Below, in pieces: positions 27,369 to 32,000 of a stretch of 32,000 nt of DNA (its first letter is position 1; every line of letters starts with the position of its first letter). The notes under the pieces are model-generated. The model was given only the letters and a program-made list of their open reading frames with translations. It had not been told where the DNA came from and did not search any database. The position numbers were made by a program, and so were the translations under genes. Source of the stretch: Loktanella sp. R86503 (GTDB lineage: Bacteria > Pseudomonadota > Alphaproteobacteria > Rhodobacterales > Rhodobacteraceae); contig NZ_JAXHCI010000002.1 of NCBI RefSeq assembly GCF_042466455.1, forward strand, positions 1,470,834-1,502,833. Direction: 5' to 3'.

Positions 27369-27541
27369 AACGACGCTTTCACATTGGAAGAAACTAGCTT
27401 CAGTTTGAAAGCGATGGATGACGTTGTCACGACAAAGGGTGACAAACCGGCGGTTTACTGCGCCAGTTTGGCGGTTTTCTGATCGATTGGTCAAATATGT
27501 GCCACCCGTCGCCTGCGACCGATGCGGCGGGCGGCTATTCT

Positions 27542-28597
27542 TTAGTGGCGCGGATAGTCATCCCCGCCAAAGCTGCGCGGGATGCGGGCCGTGCGATCGG
27601 CTGCAATGCGGCGGGCGCGGGATTGTCGGCCCAGTTGGCCAAACAGCGCACCAGCGGCCAGCGCCAAAAGCGGGACGCCGATAAAGGCCGCCTTGCGGGC
27701 GCGGTCTGCATCAACGATCACGCCATGATCCGACGCGCGGTCGCTGTAGGATCCGGCGGCGCTGGCGGGGTAATCGACAGGATCATACAGATTGCCAGCT
27801 TCCACACCTGGGGCCGGGCGGTCGGATTTCTGGCCGCTGATCCCGTCTTTGGACATCCGCCTGTCCAGATAGTTCGGCATCAGGAATTGGCCAAAGACCA
27901 GTTTCAGTACGGAACTGCCGACAAAGATCTCTCTGGCGTTTGTGTCGATGGCTTGCATGACAGCGTCGGCAGCGACCTGCGCGGTATAGATCGGCGGGGC
28001 CGGTTGCGGTTGGCGCGACAGGCGGCTGCGGGCCCAGTCGAATTGCGGCGTATTCATCGCTGGCAATTGCACAAGGGACAGGCCGATGGGCGAACCTTCG
28101 GCGATCAATTCAGAGCGGACGGAAGAGGTGAAGCCGTTGATGGCATGTTTGGCGGCGCAATAGGCCGATTGCAGCGGCACGGACCGGTAGGACAGGCCAG
28201 AGCCGATATTGACGATATTACCGCCCCTCATATGGCGCAGGGCGGCGCGGGTGCCGTTGACCTGACCCATCAGCGTCGTGCGGATAATACGGTCGAAGTC
28301 TTCGGCGGGGGTGTTTTTGAACGCGGAAAAGCTGGTTGCCATGGCGCAGTTTACCCAGACATCCGGTCGGCCAAGGCGGTCCACCAGATGATCCGCCGCG
28401 GCGTCAAGTTGGCCCGTATCGCCGGCATCGGCCCCGTATGTAGCAACGCCGATCTGTTCGAGTTCGTCCAGCCGCATGCGCCCGCGGGCGATGACTCCGA
28501 CCGCATAGCCGCGCCCGCGCAGGGCATCGACAACAGCGCGACCGACGCCTGCACTGCCGCCAATGACGATAGCGACCTTATTTTTAGATGATGACAT
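27542..28597 (-). CDS. Short-chain dehydrogenase/reductase with C-terminal hydrophobic anchor
   Basis: ATG at 28597 with an AAGGAGA-type RBS. It has the Rossmann motif IGGSAGVGRA, catalytic YCAAK, and a C-terminal segment AAFIGVPLLALAAGALFGQL. Length 351 aa. Confidence 0.85.
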   Translation of the reverse strand: MSSSKNKVAIVIGGSAGVGRAVVDALRGRGYAVGVIARGRMRLDELEQIGVATYGADAGDTGQLDAAADHLVDRLGRPDVWVNCAMATSFSAFKNTPAEDFDRIIRTTLMGQVNGTRAALRHMRGGNIVNIGSGLSYRSVPLQSAYCAAKHAINGFTSSVRSELIAEGSPIGLSLVQLPAMNTPQFDWARSRLSRQPQPAPPIYTAQVAADAVMQAIDTNAREIFVGSSVLKLVFGQFLMPNYLDRRMSKDGISGQKSDRPAPGVEAGNLYDPVDYPASAAGSYSDRASDHGVIVDADRARKAAFIGVPLLALAAGALFGQLGRQSRARRIAADRTARIPRSFGGDDYPRH

Positions 28598-28663
28598 GAT
28601 CAGTCTCCTTTGACAGACAATGCCGCACCGGCCGCTTTGGTTCATTCGGAGCGTTTAAAATAC

Positions 28664-28690
28664 AAAAGGCCGCCCCCGCAGGGACGGCCT
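28664..28690 (-). terminator. Rho-independent terminator of the rpsF-rpsR-rplI operon
   Basis: Stem 28667-28676 / 28681-28690 with one mismatch. On the minus strand a T-run follows (plus-strand AAAA at 28664-28667). Confidence 0.6.
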
Positions 28691-28712
28691 GATGTGTTCG
28701 CAAGCGTTGTGC

Positions 28713-29288
28713 TTACTCTTCGTCGTCGTTCCCGGCAGAACCCAGATCGTCGAACAGTTCCTGAATTTCGAATTCAGCTGCTGCTTCTTCCTCAGCGGCG
28801 AGTTCCTGAATGGACTTGCCGGCGGCCTGAAGCTCTGCCTCTTCCTTGGAGCGGGCGACGTTCAGTGTGACCGTTGCCGTGACTTCGGGGTGCAGGTTCA
28901 GTGTGACGTCGTGCAGGCCCAGATCCTTGATCGGACCCTGCAGAACGACCTGGTTGCGGTCGATCTTGAAGCCGTTTTCGGCAGCTGCATCAGCCACGTC
29001 ACGCGGTGTGACGGAACCGTAAAGCGAGCCGGCGTCGGAAGCGGAACGGATGATGACGAAGGATTCGCCGTCGATCTTGTCAGCTTCAGCCTGGGCAGTC
29101 GCACGCGTTTCGGCGTTGCGGGCTTCCAGGGCAGCTTTTTCAGCTTCGAAGCGGGCCAGGTTTGCGGCGTTCACGCGCAGACCTTTGCCTTGCGGCAGCA
29201 GGAAGTTACGGGCGTAACCGTCCTTGACGTTCACGACTTCACCCATTTGACCAAGCTTGGCCACACGTTCCAGAAGAATGATTTGCAT
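28713..29288 (-). CDS. rplI: 50S ribosomal protein L9
   Basis: 191 aa starting [36 protein letters not shown]; it has an acidic C-terminal tail. Confidence 0.95.
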   Translation of the reverse strand: MQIILLERVAKLGQMGEVVNVKDGYARNFLLPQGKGLRVNAANLARFEAEKAALEARNAETRATAQAEADKIDGESFVIIRSASDAGSLYGSVTPRDVADAAAENGFKIDRNQVVLQGPIKDLGLHDVTLNLHPEVTATVTLNVARSKEEAELQAAGKSIQELAAEEEAAAEFEIQELFDDLGSAGNDDEE

Positions 29289-29300
29289 GATGTATGCTCC

Positions 29301-29528
29301 TTACTTCACGGCGTAGGGCAGCAGGGCCAGGAACCGTGCGCGCTTGATCGCTTGTGCGAGCTTGCGCTGGTTCTTGGAGCCGACGGCGGTGATACGGGCG
29401 GGGACGATCTTGCCGCGCTCAGAGATGTAGCGCTGCAGGGTGCGGGTGTCTTTGTAGTCGATCGCGGGGGCGTCTTCACCCTCGAACGGATCGGACTTAC
29501 GACGACGGAAAAATGGTTTCGTTGCCAT
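29301..29528 (-). CDS. rpsR: 30S ribosomal protein S18
   Basis: 75 aa with IDYKD...[42 protein letters not shown]. Confidence 0.95.
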   Translation of the reverse strand: MATKPFFRRRKSDPFEGEDAPAIDYKDTRTLQRYISERGKIVPARITAVGSKNQRKLAQAIKRARFLALLPYAVK

Positions 29529-29554
29529 GATTTATGGTCCTTTCCTGATCTGAA

Positions 29555-29908
29555 TTAACGGCGCTCGCGACGGGTGTCGCGTTCGTCGCGCTTTTGCATC
29601 TGCACGGAAGGCAGTTCGGCGTGTGCGTCGACCTTGATGGTCAGAACGCGCATCACGTCTTCATGCAAGCGCATCAGGCGTTCCATTTCCTGCACAGCGG
29701 ACGCAGGCGCGTCAGAGCGCAGAAAGGCGTAGTGGCCCTTGCGGTTCTTGTTGATCTTGTAGGCCATCGTCTTGACGCCCCAGTATTCACTGTCGACCAG
29801 CTTGCCGTCGTTGTCGGCCAGCACTGTGCCAAAGTGTTCGATCAGGGCTTCTGCTTGCGTGTTGGACAAGTCCTGACGCGCAATCATCACATGCTCATAA
29901 AGCGGCAT
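29555..29908 (-). CDS. rpsF: 30S ribosomal protein S6
   Basis: ATG at 29908 (MPLYEHVMIARQD...), 117 aa, with an acidic/basic C-terminal tail. Confidence 0.95.
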   Translation of the reverse strand: MPLYEHVMIARQDLSNTQAEALIEHFGTVLADNDGKLVDSEYWGVKTMAYKINKNRKGHYAFLRSDAPASAVQEMERLMRLHEDVMRVLTIKVDAHAELPSVQMQKRDERDTRRERR

Positions 29909-30044
29909 GGCGTTCCTTTTCATATTGTTCGACGCATTTCATAGGACGGGACCAATACCTTCCGCACCCCGACCACGAGAGACTGCGCAGTGAATAACCA
30001 TTGCGGAAGTGGGCCGCTTATACACAAAGCGGGGGATGGCGCAA
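29909..30044 (-). promoter_or_regulatory. Putative rpsF promoter and structured 5' leader
   Basis: On the minus strand, TTGCGC (30044-30039), a 16-nt spacer, then TATAAG (30022-30017). The predicted roughly 100-nt leader has 5' CTTCCGCA (30009-30002) complementary to TGCGGAAG (29966-29959). Confidence 0.3.
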
Positions 30045-30217
30045 CCCGCGGCTTGCGCGGTGGGTGCGATTGCATCGGGGCAGGATGCGTTAACCATTAG
30101 GGCAGTCAGACTAACAAAAGTCTAATTCCTAACATGACCTTAACGATGCCATGTTTTTGCCGCGAAGTCAGGGCCTTTTCAAACGACGTCAATCATCAGC
30201 AAAGAAAAGGTCCAATC

Positions 30218-30799
30218 ATGACGGACATGCCAGATACCAGCCGCGCCGTAACAATCGAGCAGCGCCGCCTTAAACAGGCAGATCTGGTTGTGACGGGCTT
30301 TTCTATACAAGAGGCCTATTGGGGATACCGCATCATACCAGAGGGCGCGCCGCCGCTTCGGCTGGTGGCGATGCAGGCGGCTGCAATGCTGGGCGGGGCT
30401 GCGCTGATTGCAGGTTCTGTTGCGCTGATGTTCATGAGCCGGTCGACGGATTTCATGTTCATGGTTCCGGCAATCTTGTTGCTGATGGCGTTGGGAACGT
30501 CGCTGATGTGGTTCGCAAGCCGGGGCACCATGATCAATATCGAGGTGGATGCGATGGCCGGCGAAGTGCGCGAGGTCGTCAGAAACCGGACGGGCGGGCT
30601 GTCCGTAATTTCCCGCTACGGGTTCGACTGCGTGGGCAGCGTCTTTATCCAGCGGCCTGCTGCGGGACCGGCGACACTGATGCTTCGCTATCGCAACACG
30701 GCGCGGACACTGGCGGTTGCATCGGGGTCAGAGGCGGATCTGGCGCGGCTGCGTGACCGGATGGGTCGCGATCTGATCGTAAAACGCGAGGCGGTTTAA
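30218..30799 (+). CDS. Hypothetical membrane protein (two TM segments plus C-terminal soluble domain)
   Basis: The ATG at 30218 gives 193 aa. Two hydrophobic segments (LRLVAMQAAAMLGGAALIAGSVALMF; FMVPAILLLMALGTSLMWF) are followed by about 90 soluble residues. No motif recognised. Confidence 0.6.
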   Translation: MTDMPDTSRAVTIEQRRLKQADLVVTGFSIQEAYWGYRIIPEGAPPLRLVAMQAAAMLGGAALIAGSVALMFMSRSTDFMFMVPAILLLMALGTSLMWFASRGTMINIEVDAMAGEVREVVRNRTGGLSVISRYGFDCVGSVFIQRPAAGPATLMLRYRNTARTLAVASGSEADLARLRDRMGRDLIVKREAV

Positions 30800-30956
30800 G
30801 TGGTCATGGCCGCGCAGTCGCGCGGCCGTTTCTGGCCGGTGTGACACGCGGCGGGGCATTGCCGAACACAATCTGTTCATTCTTGCTGGATTGCCCTGCG
30901 GCATTGGCGGCGTCATCTGTTGGTGCAAGTTCAACAACCACCGGAGAGACCAGACC

Positions 30957-31532
30957 ATGAAGATCCTGACGACGTCCGCCGCCGCCCTGACCCTGCTGGC
31001 CGCACCCGCATTCGCAGCGCCAGAGGCTTATACGCTGGACCCAAGCCACAGCCAGATCGTGTTCGATTACAACCACCTTGGTTTTTCCACCGGGATGGGC
31101 ATGTTTTCGGGCTTTGAAGGCACGATACAGTTCGATCAGGAAGATCCGGCCAATTCGTCCGTCGAAGTCGCGTTCCCCGTGCGCAGCATGATGACCGGCT
31201 GGGAAGGCCGTTTCGAGCATTTCATGTCCGATGACTTTTTTGGCGCAGGCGAAGACGAGATGGTGACGTTCAAGTCCACCGCCATCGAAGTGACCGGCGA
31301 CAACACCGCGTTGATCACCGGCGATCTGACGCTGAACGACGTAACCAAGTCGGTTGTTCTGGATGCCAAGCTGAATCAGGCCGCCGATCACCCGATGGAA
31401 GGCAAGCCTTGGGCTGGCTTTGACGCGACCACGACGCTGCTGCGTTCCGACTACAACGTTGGCCAGTTCGCGCCCTTCGTCAGCGATGAAGTGAACGTGA
31501 AAATTTCGATCGAGGCGATGAAGGCTGAATAA
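30957..31532 (+). CDS. yceI: YceI-family periplasmic polyisoprenoid-binding protein
   Basis: ATG at 30957 with a GGAGAG RBS. It has a signal peptide (MKILTTSAAALTLLAAPAFA) followed by YTLDPSHSQIVFDYNHLGFS...F.G...FD, the typical YceI pattern. Length 191 aa. Confidence 0.88.
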   Translation: MKILTTSAAALTLLAAPAFAAPEAYTLDPSHSQIVFDYNHLGFSTGMGMFSGFEGTIQFDQEDPANSSVEVAFPVRSMMTGWEGRFEHFMSDDFFGAGEDEMVTFKSTAIEVTGDNTALITGDLTLNDVTKSVVLDAKLNQAADHPMEGKPWAGFDATTTLLRSDYNVGQFAPFVSDEVNVKISIEAMKAE

Positions 31533-31583
31533 GCCAGGGCGATGCCTGCGGCGCGCTGTGCTGCGGCTTGGCTAGGATAAAGG

Positions 31584-31617
31584 ATGCGGGGGCGGGAAAA
31601 CCGCCCTCGCATTTTTG
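31584..31617 (+). terminator. Rho-independent terminator of yceI
   Basis: Stem ATGCGGGGGCGG (31584-31595) / CCGCCCTCGCAT (31601-31612) with one mismatch, followed by TTTTT. Confidence 0.65.
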
Positions 31618-31632
31618 CATTTTAGGGGGCGA

Positions 31633-32000
31633 TCAGATCGCCTTTTGATTGACGCGCTTTGACAGCTCTGCCGCGCTTTCCTTGCGTTCACTGTAGCGGT
31701 CAAGCAGGTAGTCTTGATTGCCGCGGGTCAGGAGTGTGAATTTCATCAGCTCCTCCATCACGTCGACGATTCGGTCATAGAACGGCGAGGGCTTCATGCG
31801 GTCCGCATCGTCGAATTCCAGAAATGCCTTTGGTGTGGAGGATTGGTTGGGAATCGTCAGAAGGCGCATCCAGCGGCCAAGGATGCGCAGCTGGTTGACG
31901 GTGTTGAAGCTTTGGCTGCCGCCGCTGACCTGCATGACGGCCAGCGTTTTGCCCTGCGTGGGGCGCACGCCGCCAAGGGAAAGGGGAATCCAGTCGATTT
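31633..32000 (-). CDS. arsH: ArsH-type NADPH-dependent FMN reductase (C-terminal part; the gene runs off the window)
   Basis: The reading frame stays open upstream of the tracked GTG through to position 32000 ([32 protein letters not shown]...). The C-terminus [19 protein letters not shown]...DRYSERKE matches my recollection of ArsH. Confidence 0.8.
   Translation of the reverse strand, partial: IDWIPLSLGGVRPTQGKTLAVMQVSGGSQSFNTVNQLRILGRWMRLLTIPNQSSTPKAFLEFDDADRMKPSPFYDRIVDVMEELMKFTLLTRGNQDYLLDRYSERKESAAELSKRVNQKAI

Noticed and set aside
28713-28850. The acidic, roughly 40-aa C-terminal extension of ribosomal protein L9 (…[26 protein letters not shown]) as an unusual fusion.
   Set aside because: As far as I recall, extended acidic L9 tails are common in Alphaproteobacteria. 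There is no separate domain or frame change, so it is not treated as novel.

Overview
GC-rich chromosomal segment. Gene content and order suggest an alphaproteobacterium of the Rhodobacteraceae (roseobacter-type); this is an inference from helABCDX-like ccm order, a Hint-domain protein and the LuxRI type. Most of the window is tightly packed housekeeping genes: serS; a co-directional yajC-secD-secF-(Mth938-like)-ccmABCDG block; acnA; purB; glnB-glnA; nnr; tRNA-Leu(UAG); tig; cpdB; rpsF-rpsR-rplI; yceI; and a partial arsH at the right edge. The non-housekeeping part lies at about 13.2-16.4 kb. It holds an AHL quorum-sensing locus (luxR-luxI). Divergent from it is a second LuxR paralog that keeps the autoinducer-binding domain but terminates inside the first helix of the DNA-binding domain. 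That paralog sits 44 bp upstream of, and is co-oriented with, a full-length FliG-type rotor protein. No other flagellar gene occurs in the window. A perfect CtrA-type TTAA-N7-TTAA box sits upstream of luxI. I flag this LuxR(N-only)-FliG / LuxR-LuxI module as the best candidate for an undescribed QS-to-motility device; everything functional about it is hypothesis. Other points worth a second look are a 131-nt nested inverted-repeat (cloverleaf-like) element between ccmG and acnA, a perfect 18-bp palindrome in the acnA/DUF1223 divergent region, a 15-bp x5 tandem repeat encoding the N-terminus of an acyltransferase, and a minimal stand-alone Hint-domain protein next to the tRNA. No CRISPR arrays, transposases, integrases or rRNA genes were seen. 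The many long ORFs antisense to real genes are treated as high-GC artefacts. All family assignments come from reading the translated ORFs and recalling family motifs; no database search was possible.
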